From sequence record NZ_LR134445.1: a DNA stretch of 64,000 nucleotides, one strand, 5' to 3'. The DNA comes from a plasmid. Numbering within the stretch: the first letter of the stretch is position 1; each line of letters begins with the position of its first letter. Positions 45,606-55,100 of the stretch are shown one piece after another. Both the position numbers and the translations under genes were made by a program. The notes below the pieces were generated by a model, which was not told where the DNA came from, did not search any database, and was given only the letters and a program-made list of their open reading frames with translations.

Positions 45606-46818
45606 CCGGGTCGACGACGACCGCCGCCTCCTCGCCTACCTCGGCGCCGCGATGATCGCGGGCGGCCAGCCCGTGCACGAGGTCGAGGACGAGCTCAAGA
45701 GCGTCGCCACCGCCATGGGGCATCCACTGGCGCAGATCGGGGCCACGCCCACCGGGCTCACCCTGGGCCTCGAACCCGGTGCCGCCGCCACGTTCGAGTC
45801 CGTCGACGGGCCGATGCGGCTCGACCAGTCGGCCGTCGTCGCTGACGTCCGACGGGGCCTCGTCGCACGAACCCTCTCGGTCGACGAGGCCTTCGCCCGC
45901 CTCGGCACCCTGCGCTCGCTGCCGCACCACTACCCGCAGTGGGTGCAGGACGTGTCGTGGCCGGTCATCGCCATCGGCATCGCGATGCTGCTGCAGCCCG
46001 GGTGGCCCAACATCCTCGCGGCGGCCATCGGCGGCGTGGTGGTGATGCTGCTGGTCAAGCTCGCGGGCCGCGTGCGGCTCGCCGCGACGCTGCTGCCGAC
46101 GATCGCCGCGTTCACGGTGGGCGCGGGGGTCTTCGCCGCCGCGCAGGCGGGGTGGCTCGACGGTCCGCTGCGCACCCTCCTCGCGCCGCTCGCGGTGCTC
46201 CTCCCGGGCGCGCTGATGGTGACCGGCATGTCGGAGCTCGCCGCGGGCGCGATGGTCGCGGGCAGCGCTCGCCTCACCTTCGGCACGGTGCAGCTGCTGA
46301 TGTTCTCGCTCGGCATCCTCGCCGCGACGACGGCGCTGGGCGTCGGGCCGGAGCTGCTGGTCAACGAGCGCGTGAATCAGCTGGGCTGGTGGGGCCCGCC
46401 CGTGGGCCTCGCACTGATCTGCGTGGGGGTGTGCCTCAACGAGGGCGCCTCGATGCGGTTGCTTCCGGCGATCGGCCTCGTGGTCGCGGCGGCGTTCGGC
46501 GCGCAGATCGCCGGGCAGCACGTCTCCGGCGCGGTGCTCGGCGGCTTCTTCGGCGCGATCGCGGGCAGCCTCGGCGCCTCGCTGGTGGCCTACCTGCGGC
46601 CGCAGTTGCCGCGCCTCGTGGTCTTCCTGCCGGCGTTCTGGGTGCTCGTGCCCGGCAGTCTCGGGCTGCTGTCGGTCACGTCGGTGGGGATCGACCCGGA
46701 GCAGGGCGCGCGCACCGTCGTGGACGTGGCCGCCGTGATCTGCGCGCTCGCGCTCGGCCTGCTGTTCGGTTCGGCGCTGGCGCAGGCGGTGATCGGTCGC
46801 GCGGAACGGGTTCGTTAG
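45595..46818 (+). CDS. Threonine/serine exporter family (ThrE-like, DUF1212+DUF3815) membrane protein
   Basis: N-terminal soluble DUF1212-like region then 8-10 TM helices. GTG start overlapping upstream gene by 11 nt. Confidence 0.7.
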   Translation: MQPDRVDDDRRLLAYLGAAMIAGGQPVHEVEDELKSVATAMGHPLAQIGATPTGLTLGLEPGAAATFESVDGPMRLDQSAVVADVRRGLVARTLSVDEAFARLGTLRSLPHHYPQWVQDVSWPVIAIGIAMLLQPGWPNILAAAIGGVVVMLLVKLAGRVRLAATLLPTIAAFTVGAGVFAAAQAGWLDGPLRTLLAPLAVLLPGALMVTGMSELAAGAMVAGSARLTFGTVQLLMFSLGILAATTALGVGPELLVNERVNQLGWWGPPVGLALICVGVCLNEGASMRLLPAIGLVVAAAFGAQIAGQHVSGAVLGGFFGAIAGSLGASLVAYLRPQLPRLVVFLPAFWVLVPGSLGLLSVTSVGIDPEQGARTVVDVAAVICALALGLLFGSALAQAVIGRAERVR

Positions 46819-46883
46819 CGACGATCACGGGAAGTTCACCCGCGCATCCATACATGTTCACATGCGCATGTTTCGCTGCAGCA

Positions 46884-48353
46884 ATGACGAATCTCGGTAG
46901 GGGCAAGGCCCGGACGGCGCTGGCCGTCAGTGCGGTGGCGGTTCTCGGTGTGGTCGCCGCGTGCGGCAGCAACGACAGCGGTCCCGGCACGTCCGGCGAC
47001 ACCGCGGCGAAGGTGGAGATCAACCGCCAGGCGGCCGGTGATATCACCACCCACGGCGGCGCCAAGCGGCTCGCCGGCGACCAGACGCAGGCGATCGCCG
47101 ACTCGATCCAGCGCTCCACGGCCAAGAACGTGATCCTCGTGATCGGCGACGGCACCGCCAACCAGGAGCTCACGCTGGCCCGCGACTACGAGTGGGGCGC
47201 GGGCGGGAAGATCCCCGGCATCGACGAGCTGCCGCTCTCGGGCGACTACACCACCTACGCGCTCGACAAGACCACCAAGAAGCCCGACTACACCACCGAT
47301 TCCGCGGCCTCCGGCTCCGCCTGGGCCACCGGCACCAAGACCTACAACGGGGCCGTCGGCGTCGACGTGAACGGCAAGCCGCAGCGCTCGATCCTCGAGA
47401 TCGCCAAGGCCAACGGCCGCAAGACGGGCAACGTCACCACCACCGAGCTGCAGGACGCCACCCCGGCCGTGCAGGTCGCGCACGTGTCCCAGCGCAAGTG
47501 CTACGGCCCCGTCGCCACCAAGGAGAAGTGCAGCTCCGACGCGCTCGAGAACGGCGGACTCGGGTCCATCACCGAGCAGCTGATCGCGGCCCGCGCCGAC
47601 GTCACCCTCGGCGGCGGCTGGAAGACCTTCCAGGAGACCGCGACCGCCGGTCAGTACAACGGCAAGACGCTCGAGGTGCAGGCCAAGGAACGCGGCTACC
47701 GGATCGTGCGGTCGGGCTCCGAGCTCGACGCCGTCTCCACCGCGAGTCAGGACGAGCCGGTGCTCGGCGTCTTCGCCGACGGCAACCTGCCGCGCGTGTG
47801 GGACAAGGCCACCGCCACCAAGGAGGGCGGTAGGGAGCCGGCCGTCACCTGCGCGCCCAACCCCGCCTTCGGCGCCACCCCGAAGCTCGCGTCGATGACG
47901 AAGAAGGCCATCGACCTGCTCAAGGGCGACAAGGGCTTCTTCCTCCAGGTCGAGTCCGGCTCCGTCGACAAGGCCAACCACGACGCCGACCCCTGCGGCC
48001 AGATCGGCGAGACGGTGCAGCTGTCCGAGGCCGTCTCCGCGGCGCTCGACTTCGCCAAGCAGGACAAGGACACCCTCGTCATCGTGACGGGCGACCACGC
48101 CCACACCAGCCAGATCATCGAGGCGGGCACCGTCACCCCCGGCCTCACCCGGACGCTGAACACCAAGGACGGCGGCGTGCTCACCGTCAACTACGGCACG
48201 TCGCTCGACCCGGGCGAGGAGCAGCACACCGGCGGCCAGGTCCGCATCGCCGCCTACGGTCCCGGCGCCGCCAACGTCGTGGGGCTGACGGACCAGACCG
48301 ACCCGTTCTTCTACATCACCGACGTGCTCGGCCTGGATCGCGAGAAGAAGTAG
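46884..48353 (+). CDS. phoA: Alkaline phosphatase (PhoA family) lipoprotein
   Basis: 489 aa by codon arithmetic. Lipobox VVAACGS. Active-site Ser in [15 protein letters not shown]. Metal ligands DHAHTSQ. Confidence 0.85.
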   Translation: MTNLGRGKARTALAVSAVAVLGVVAACGSNDSGPGTSGDTAAKVEINRQAAGDITTHGGAKRLAGDQTQAIADSIQRSTAKNVILVIGDGTANQELTLARDYEWGAGGKIPGIDELPLSGDYTTYALDKTTKKPDYTTDSAASGSAWATGTKTYNGAVGVDVNGKPQRSILEIAKANGRKTGNVTTTELQDATPAVQVAHVSQRKCYGPVATKEKCSSDALENGGLGSITEQLIAARADVTLGGGWKTFQETATAGQYNGKTLEVQAKERGYRIVRSGSELDAVSTASQDEPVLGVFADGNLPRVWDKATATKEGGREPAVTCAPNPAFGATPKLASMTKKAIDLLKGDKGFFLQVESGSVDKANHDADPCGQIGETVQLSEAVSAALDFAKQDKDTLVIVTGDHAHTSQIIEAGTVTPGLTRTLNTKDGGVLTVNYGTSLDPGEEQHTGGQVRIAAYGPGAANVVGLTDQTDPFFYITDVLGLDREKK

Positions 48354-48468
48354 GCGGGTGGGGCCGTTCGGCCATCACGACGTGCTCGGCCTGGATCGCG
48401 ACAAGAAGTAGGCGGGTGGGGCCGTTCGGCCATCACGACGTGCTCGGCCCGGATTGCGACAAGAAGTA
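48315..48468. repeat. 58-bp tandem repeat, 2.65 copies, first copy contains the last 11 codons and stop of phoA
   Basis: ATCACGACGTGCTCGGCCTGGATCGCGAGAAGAAGTAGGCGGGTGGGGCCGTTCGGCC repeated head-to-tail with 1-3 substitutions per copy. Confidence 0.8.
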
Positions 48469-48595
48469 GCCCCTATCCGCGCCGCAGTGGCCCGGGCCGG
48501 TTCCGGGCCGCTGCTCTCGGCTTTCGCCCTTCTCCGCCGACGGTCCGCCCGCTACCGTGGGGTGCAGACGCAAACGTCGGAGGGGGAGGGCCCGC

Positions 48596-49177
48596 ATGTA
48601 TCCGATCGCCGCACCGCCGGTGCCACGCATCTATCGCGCGCTCGCGCTGATCCAGGCGTTGATCGCCGCGCTCACCCTGGTGGGCCTCGTGATCTGGTGG
48701 ATGGCGTCGTACTCGTCGATGGGGGACGACTACGACGACGATCTCGGCTTCGGCGGGATGATGTTCATCCTGCTCGCGCCCACGCTGATCCAAGTGGCGC
48801 TCCTGTTCGTGCCGCTCATCGGCCTCGCGGTCTTCGTGGCGCGCGGTTCCCTCCCGGCCCGCGTCGCCAGCTGCTGCATCTGGGGTGTGCTCATGCTGCT
48901 GGGTCTCGTCGCGGTGCAGGTGCACCCCGCCTACGTCCTGGTGCTGTTCGTCGCGCTGTGCATGCTGCTCGCGCTGTCGTTCGCCGACCGCCTCGGCGGC
49001 GCACGCCCGGCCGGACCGCCGGTGCCGGGACCGGGCGGGTTCGCGCCCCCGCCGCCTTACCCGACGGGGCAGTTCCCTGCGGTCCCGCCGCACCCGACCG
49101 GCCAGTTCCCTGTCGATCCGCCGCACCCGTCGGGCCAGTTCCCCGCGGTCCCGCCGCAGGAGGACACGCGGCTGTGA
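48596..49177 (+). CDS. Membrane protein with Pro-rich C-terminal repeats
   Basis: Four predicted TM helices then 3x 11-aa repeat PTGQFPAVPPH encoded by 3x33-bp DNA repeats (49061..49159). Confidence 0.5.
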   Translation: MYPIAAPPVPRIYRALALIQALIAALTLVGLVIWWMASYSSMGDDYDDDLGFGGMMFILLAPTLIQVALLFVPLIGLAVFVARGSLPARVASCCIWGVLMLLGLVAVQVHPAYVLVLFVALCMLLALSFADRLGGARPAGPPVPGPGGFAPPPPYPTGQFPAVPPHPTGQFPVDPPHPSGQFPAVPPQEDTRL

Positions 49178-49254
49178 CGGGACCGTCCGGCGGGCGCGCG
49201 GACGGTGTCGGAGCGAGCTGCGCCGCTGTCGGACCCTGCCGGTAGCCTGGCACC

Positions 49255-51582
49255 GTGGCTCTCTACCGCAAGTACCGTCCAGCGACGTTCGCCGAGGTCG
49301 TGGGGCAGGAGCACGTCACCGAGCCGCTGAGCACCGCGTTGGATTCCGGGCGGGTGAACCATGCCTACCTGTTCTCCGGCCCGCGCGGCTGCGGCAAGAC
49401 GTCGTCGGCCCGCATCCTGGCCCGCTCGCTGAACTGCGAGCAGGGCCCCACCAGCACGCCGTGCGGCGTCTGCAACTCCTGCGTCGCGCTCGCCCCGGGC
49501 GGTCCGGGCAACCTCGACGTCACCGAGATGGACGCTGCCAGCCACGGCGGCGTGGACGACGCACGTGAGCTGCGCGACCGCGCGTTCTACGCGCCCGCCG
49601 AGTCGCGCTACCGCGTCTTCATCGTCGACGAGGCGCACATGGTCACCCCGCAGGGCTTCAACGCGCTGCTGAAGATCGTCGAGGAGCCTCCGGAGCACCT
49701 CATCTTCATCTTCGCCACCACGGAGCCGGAGAAGGTGCTCACCACCATCCGCTCCCGCACGCACCACTACCCGTTCCGGCTGCTCGCGCCGAACGTCATG
49801 CGGCCGCTGCTGGAGAAGATCACGGGCGCCGAGCACGTCTCGGTCGAGCCGCAGGTGTACCCCCTGGTCATCCGCGCGGGCGGCGGTTCGCCGCGTGACT
49901 CGCTGTCGATCATGGACCAGCTCCTGGCCGGCGCCGGGCCCGAGGGCGTCACCTACCAGCGAGCCCTCGGGCTGCTCGGTGTCACCGACACCGCGCTCAT
50001 CGACGCCGCCGTCGACGCGCTGGCCTCCGCGGACGGCGCGGCCCTGTTCGGCGCCGTCGAGCGGGTGATGGAGGCCGGGCACGACCCCCGCCGGTTCGCC
50101 ACCGACCTGCTCGAACGCCTCCGCGACCTGATCCTCTTGCACACTGTCCCCGACGCCGCCGACCGCGGCCTCATCGACGTGCCGCAGGACGTGCTCGAGA
50201 CCATGCGCGGGGAGGCCGCGAAGCTCGGCCTCGCCACCCTCACGCGCTGCGCCGAGGTCACGCACGCCTCGCTCGCCGAGATGCGCGGCGCCACCTCACC
50301 GCGCCTGCTGCTCGAGGTCATGTGCGCCCGCATGCTGCTCCCCGCCGCGGACGAGTCGCAGGCCGCACTGCTGCAGCGCATCGAGGCGCTGGAGCGCCGG
50401 CCCGCAGGTGCCCCCGTCGACGGTGCCGTCCCCGCCGCCGCGGCACCCGTCGCCGCGCCCGCAGCGCCCACGGGTGGCGGCGCTCCGCAGTCCGACGGTC
50501 CGCCGTCGCGTTTCGTCCGGCCCAGCCAGCGCCAGGCAGAGGCCGCCGCCGAGCCGGCCGCTGCGGCCGCTCCCGCCCCTCCGGCTCCGCCCGCGCCGAC
50601 GCCGCAGCCGGTCGCTCCCGAGCCGGCGGCGCCCGCCGTCACCCCGCCCGTGCAGCCCGCCGCGGTCGCGGAACCCGCGTCGGAGGCCGTGGTCGCGGAG
50701 CCCGAACCGCGGGCCGCCCCGGCCGAGCCGGAGCCCGTCGCCCCGGCCGCCGAGCCGGCCGCCCCGGCCGAGCCGGAGCGCCCCATCGAATCGGAGCCGG
50801 TGCTCCACCGGCCCGAGCCGGACCCGGAACCCGTTGCGCCCCCGCGCCCGGCCGAGCCCGTCGCCCCGGCCCCTGCGGCCCCGGAGCGTGCCGCTGCGCC
50901 GGAGCCCGCGGCGCCCGCCGTCACCCCGCCCGTGCAGCCCGCCGCGGTCGCGGAACCCGCGGCCCCGGCGCCGTCCGGCCCCTCCGTGGAGGAGGTCCGC
51001 ACGGCCTGGCCCAAGGTCCTCCGGGCGGTCAAGGACCGCAGCACGGTGACTTTCGCCCTCATGCCGAACGTGCAGGTGCTCGGCCTCGCCGGAGACGTTC
51101 TGCACCTCGCGCTGCCGATCCCCGCCCTGCTCAGCCGGTTCAGCGATCAGCAGCATGTCGGCAACTTGCGGGACGCGGTCCGCGAGGTCTTCGGGACGCA
51201 GTGGAACGTCGAGGTCGGCGACGGCAGCGGCGCCCGCGCGCAAGGGGCGCCCGCCGCCGCGCCCGCGCAGCAGCAGCGCCCCGCCGCCGAGCCGAAGAAG
51301 GCGCCGCCCACGTTCGAGCGGCGCAGCCGTGCAGGCGATCAGCGGCCGGACCCGCGGCCGGCGGGCCGGGAGAACCGCGCACCGTCGCACCACGACGACA
51401 TCCCGCTGCCGCCCGAGCCGGACCCCGAGCCGGCACCGGTCGAGGAGGTCTCCGAGGAGGAGATGATCGACGCGGCGCACCGCGAGGACGCCGTCTCCGG
51501 CGGCACCACCGCCCCGCGCCGCGACCCGGACGAGATCGCCCTCGAGCTCCTCAAGAACGAACTCGGCGCCCGCCCCATCTGA
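49255..51582 (+). CDS. dnaX: DNA polymerase III subunits gamma/tau
   Basis: Walker A GPRGCGKTS, Zn module CGVCNSC, SRC motif, long Pro/Ala-rich tau linker, C-terminal domain V. Confidence 0.9.
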   Translation: MALYRKYRPATFAEVVGQEHVTEPLSTALDSGRVNHAYLFSGPRGCGKTSSARILARSLNCEQGPTSTPCGVCNSCVALAPGGPGNLDVTEMDAASHGGVDDARELRDRAFYAPAESRYRVFIVDEAHMVTPQGFNALLKIVEEPPEHLIFIFATTEPEKVLTTIRSRTHHYPFRLLAPNVMRPLLEKITGAEHVSVEPQVYPLVIRAGGGSPRDSLSIMDQLLAGAGPEGVTYQRALGLLGVTDTALIDAAVDALASADGAALFGAVERVMEAGHDPRRFATDLLERLRDLILLHTVPDAADRGLIDVPQDVLETMRGEAAKLGLATLTRCAEVTHASLAEMRGATSPRLLLEVMCARMLLPAADESQAALLQRIEALERRPAGAPVDGAVPAAAAPVAAPAAPTGGGAPQSDGPPSRFVRPSQRQAEAAAEPAAAAAPAPPAPPAPTPQPVAPEPAAPAVTPPVQPAAVAEPASEAVVAEPEPRAAPAEPEPVAPAAEPAAPAEPERPIESEPVLHRPEPDPEPVAPPRPAEPVAPAPAAPERAAAPEPAAPAVTPPVQPAAVAEPAAPAPSGPSVEEVRTAWPKVLRAVKDRSTVTFALMPNVQVLGLAGDVLHLALPIPALLSRFSDQQHVGNLRDAVREVFGTQWNVEVGDGSGARAQGAPAAAPAQQQRPAAEPKKAPPTFERRSRAGDQRPDPRPAGRENRAPSHHDDIPLPPEPDPEPAPVEEVSEEEMIDAAHREDAVSGGTTAPRRDPDEIALELLKNELGARPI

Positions 51583-51612
51583 TCGGGGCGAGCGCCGGAT
51601 TCGGGCGTTGTC

Positions 51613-52914
51613 CTAGGCGTCCCACCACGGGCGCAGCGGCAGGTCGCCGGCACCGCCCTTCTCGTCGAGCTTCACCGCGAGCACCTGGTGCAGCTGGACG
51701 ACGTTGCGCTCGAAGCCGAGTCGCGAGCCGGCCATGTACAGGCCCCACACGCGGGCGGTGCCCAGGCCGACCTCCGCGACGGCCTCGTCCCAGTTCGCGA
51801 CGAGGTTGCGGCACCAGGCGGCCAACGTGAGGGCGTAGTGCTCACGGAGGTTCTCCTCGTGCCGCACCTCCATCCCGCCGATGTCCTGGATCGCGGCGAT
51901 CACCCGGCCGGAGCCGGTGAGCTCCCCGTCGGGGAAGACGTACCGGTCGATGAACTGGCCGCCCTTGCCCGACAGTTTGTTGTCATGCCGCGTGATCGTG
52001 TGGTTCAGCAGCAGCCCACCGGTCTTCAGCTTCTCGCGCAGCGACGTGAAGTACGACGGATAGTTGTGCACGCCGATGTGCTCGGTGAGCCCGATCGAGC
52101 TGATCGCGTCGAAGTCGCCCTCGGGCACGTCGCGGTAGTCGCTGTAGCGGACCTCGGCGAACTCGCCCAGGCCCTCGGCCTCGATCGCGGCCTGCGCCCA
52201 CTCCGCCTGCTCCTTGGACAGCGTCGCGCCGATGACGTGCACGCCGCGGCGGGCCGCGAAGCGCACCATGCCGCCCCAGCCGCAGCCGACGTCCAGCAGC
52301 CGGTCGCCCGGCTTCAGGCGGAGCTTCTCGAAGACGAGGCGGTACTTGTTCTCCTGCGCCTCCTCCAGCGTCGCGTCGGCGTCCGGGTAGCACGCGCAGG
52401 TGTAGGTCATCGACGGGCCGAGCACCAGCTCGTAGAACCGGTTGGAGACGTCGTAGTGGTGGTGGATCGCGTCGGCGTCGCGGGCCTTGCTGTGCCGCAA
52501 CCCCTCCGCGATGCGCCGCCAACGCGGGATCGCCTCCTGCGGCGGCGGGGCGATCGGGATCATGTGCTCGGCACCCACCGAGCGGGCGATCTGTGCGATG
52601 AGCCGTGGGCCCGGCTTGGCGAACTTCAGATCGTCGGACAGGGCCCGGAGCGCCTCGTACGGATCTCCCGGCGGCGCGCCGGTCAGTTCCAGGTCGCCGG
52701 CGATGTAGGCGCGGGCGAGGCCCATGTCGCCGGGTGCCGTGGCGAGGTAGGTCGTTCCGCGCGGGGTGAGCAGGTCGAGGCCGTAGGGCGCGTCGTCCGG
52801 TCCGGCCGACGAGCCGTCGTAGGCCTTCACCCGGATGGCGAGTTTCCCGCCCGCCACCTTCTCGATGATCTCGGCGAGGCTGAGCTTGGGGAGATGCTCA
52901 GTGGATCGCGTCAA
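51613..52914 (-). CDS. Cyclopropane-fatty-acyl-phospholipid-synthase family SAM methyltransferase (BfaB/Cfa-like)
   Basis: SAM motif LLDVGCGWGGM, YDVSNRFYELVL. TTG start with GGAGGC RBS (53067-153). Confidence 0.8.
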   Translation of the reverse strand: MTRSTEHLPKLSLAEIIEKVAGGKLAIRVKAYDGSSAGPDDAPYGLDLLTPRGTTYLATAPGDMGLARAYIAGDLELTGAPPGDPYEALRALSDDLKFAKPGPRLIAQIARSVGAEHMIPIAPPPQEAIPRWRRIAEGLRHSKARDADAIHHHYDVSNRFYELVLGPSMTYTCACYPDADATLEEAQENKYRLVFEKLRLKPGDRLLDVGCGWGGMVRFAARRGVHVIGATLSKEQAEWAQAAIEAEGLGEFAEVRYSDYRDVPEGDFDAISSIGLTEHIGVHNYPSYFTSLREKLKTGGLLLNHTITRHDNKLSGKGGQFIDRYVFPDGELTGSGRVIAAIQDIGGMEVRHEENLREHYALTLAAWCRNLVANWDEAVAEVGLGTARVWGLYMAGSRLGFERNVVQLHQVLAVKLDEKGGAGDLPLRPWWDA

Positions 52915-52915
52915 T

Positions 52916-54367
52916 TCACTGCCTCCTGACTGTCTTGTCGTACAGCCCCAGCAGGCGATCCTCCGGGTCGTAGCGGGACTTGTACTTCTCCAAGTGGGTT
53001 CCGCCGTAGAGCTCGTCGAATTCGGCGCGCTCGTAGAAGGACTCGGAGTACAGGGACTTGTGTCCACCGAGCTCCGACACCTTCTCCTCGATCAGGCGGT
53101 TCGCCCGGCCCTCGATCTGGCCGGGTTGCTTCGGGACCGCGGACCAGAAACCGACGTTGACGTAGGTCTCGCGGGGTTCCAACGGGTACAGCGGCCACGG
53201 GCGGTCCGGATCGGCGCCGTGCGGCAGCGGCTCGCGCAACCGCAACGGGCACAGCCAGATCGGCTCGATGGGGATCTCGTCCAGGAACCATTCGAGGAAG
53301 TCGACGGTCTCGTCGATGTGCACCTCGATGTCCTGCACCACACGCTCGCCGGGCGGCTCGCCCTTGCGTGCGGACAGCCGGTCGCCGATGTCCCAGCGGC
53401 GGTCCAGCGCCACGAGCTTCCAGTAGAAGCTGCTGCGCAGCAGGTGTTTCGGCCACAGGCGTCGCACCTTCGGGTTCTGCGCGCCGAAGGCGCGCGAGCA
53501 CCAGAACCAGTCCGTGTCCCACCGCCACAAGTAGTCGTGCGTGGTGAGGCGGTCGCGCTTCACCCCGTCGTCGTGCTGGATCGACCGGTAGTAGATCGCG
53601 CGGTCGGTGTAGTCGCTGAGCGGCCCCGGTTCGTCGGTCTTACGACCGAGGACGAGGTAGGACTCCGTGGCGGAGAAGACCACCCCGTCGAGGTAGTCGA
53701 CGGGCTCGCCCTGGTACTCCCGTGCATCGACGATGGCCGCCATCGACTCCTGCAGGTCGTCGAGCGTGTGGAAGCGCACGTGCCGCAGTTCGACGTACCG
53801 CGCGACGGGCTCCAGTTCGACGGTCAGCCTCGTCGAATAGCCCAGCGTGCCGTACGAATTGGGGAAGCCGAAGAACAGCTCCGCATCGGGCCCGTCGGGG
53901 GAGGCCGTCACCACCTCGCCGCTGCCGGTGAGGATGTCCATGGACAGCACGGCCTCGTGCGGCAGGCCGGCCCGGAAGGAGCTGGATTCGATGCCCATGC
54001 CGCTGACGGCGCCCCCGAGGGTGATGGTCTTGAGCTGGGGCACCACCGTCGGGGCGAGCCCGAAGGGGAGCGTCGCCGCGACCAGGTCCTCGTAGGTGCA
54101 CATGCCGCCGACATCCGCGGTGCGGGCCTCGGGGTCGATCGAGATGACCGATGCCAGGCCGGAGACGTCGAGCCCGGGGGCGTCGGTGGCCGCACGGGCG
54201 CGGAACAGGTTGGAGGTCTTCTTGGCCAGGCGGACCCGCGCGTTCGGCGGGATGGCGCGATAGCTGTCGCGCAGCCTCGCGAGGCCCTCCTGGTAGGCGG
54301 CTTCGCCTGCGATCGGGACCGTCGACGGGGTTCGCGCCGGCGTTACGTTGCGAGCACTCACGATCAC
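52916..54367 (-). CDS. FAD-binding oxidoreductase (BfaA-like partner of the Cfa-like methyltransferase)
   Basis: FAD-binding PCMH-type domain (GGAVSGMGIESSSFRAGLPHE). 483 aa. 1-nt gap to downstream methyltransferase. Confidence 0.8.
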   Translation of the reverse strand: MIVSARNVTPARTPSTVPIAGEAAYQEGLARLRDSYRAIPPNARVRLAKKTSNLFRARAATDAPGLDVSGLASVISIDPEARTADVGGMCTYEDLVAATLPFGLAPTVVPQLKTITLGGAVSGMGIESSSFRAGLPHEAVLSMDILTGSGEVVTASPDGPDAELFFGFPNSYGTLGYSTRLTVELEPVARYVELRHVRFHTLDDLQESMAAIVDAREYQGEPVDYLDGVVFSATESYLVLGRKTDEPGPLSDYTDRAIYYRSIQHDDGVKRDRLTTHDYLWRWDTDWFWCSRAFGAQNPKVRRLWPKHLLRSSFYWKLVALDRRWDIGDRLSARKGEPPGERVVQDIEVHIDETVDFLEWFLDEIPIEPIWLCPLRLREPLPHGADPDRPWPLYPLEPRETYVNVGFWSAVPKQPGQIEGRANRLIEEKVSELGGHKSLYSESFYERAEFDELYGGTHLEKYKSRYDPEDRLLGLYDKTVRRQ

Positions 54368-54502
54368 CGACGCTATACCTCTCGGGCGCGACGCGCGCGG
54401 GCCGTTACCGATTGGTTAGGCTGGCATCGAACCCGTCGGCGGTGCCGACACCCAGGCCTCCGACCTCCTCGGGGGCACCGATACTCAGAGGATCGAAGTA
54501 CG

Positions 54503-54952
54503 TTGGCCCAGGTAACCGCCACAAAGTCCATCACCATCGCCGCCGCGCCCGAGAAGGTCCTGGCGGCCATCGCGGACTACACCCGCCGCGCCGAGATCCT
54601 GCCCCCGAACTACCGCGAGTACCGCGTGATCGAGGGCGGCCAGGGCTCGGGCACCGTCGCCGAGTGGATCCTGCAGGCCACCGAGAAGCGCTCGCGCGAC
54701 GTGCGCGCCACCGTCACCGTCGACGGTGCGACCGTGACCGAGACCGACGCGAACAGCTCGATGGTCACCACGTACCGCGCCGTCGCCGCCGACAGCGCGG
54801 GCGACGCGACCACCGCCACCATCACCACCACGTGGCAGGGCGCCGGCGGCATCGGCGGCTTCTTCGAGAAGACCTTCGCGCCCAAGGGCCTCGGCCGCAT
54901 CTACGACGAGCTGCTCACCAACCTCAAGGTGCAGGTCGAGTCCAACGGCTAG
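54503..54952 (+). CDS. SRPBCC family protein (polyketide cyclase/dehydrase-like)
   Basis: ~149 aa C-terminal part of a long spurious ORF. Start assigned to an in-frame TTG (uncertain). Confidence 0.55.
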   Translation: MAQVTATKSITIAAAPEKVLAAIADYTRRAEILPPNYREYRVIEGGQGSGTVAEWILQATEKRSRDVRATVTVDGATVTETDANSSMVTTYRAVAADSAGDATTATITTTWQGAGGIGGFFEKTFAPKGLGRIYDELLTNLKVQVESNG

Positions 54953-55100
54953 GCGACCCCGCCGGCACCGCGGCGCGCCCGTCGCGCCGCTGCCGCTACG
55001 CGACGGGGTCGACCCGACGCGGCTCGTCATCGCCGAGGAGGAGGCCGGGCGCACGCTCGGCGACGTCCTGGAGGCCCGGTTCCCGGGCACCGCGGAGTAC

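Noticed and set aside
45939-48353. 804-aa + strand ORF
   Set aside because: The N-terminal two-thirds is an out-of-frame shadow over the ThrE-like gene. The genuine gene is the C-terminal 489 aa (PhoA, 46884-48353), which starts at a signal peptide/lipobox.
48315-48468. Possible CRISPR array
   Set aside because: The repeats are contiguous 58-bp units with no spacers, and they encode the phoA C-terminus. It is a tandem duplication/VNTR, not CRISPR. No cas genes are in the window.
52835-54952. 705-aa + strand ORF
   Set aside because: Most of it is antisense to the FAD-oxidoreductase gene. Only the last ~149 codons (SRPBCC protein, 54503-54952) look real.
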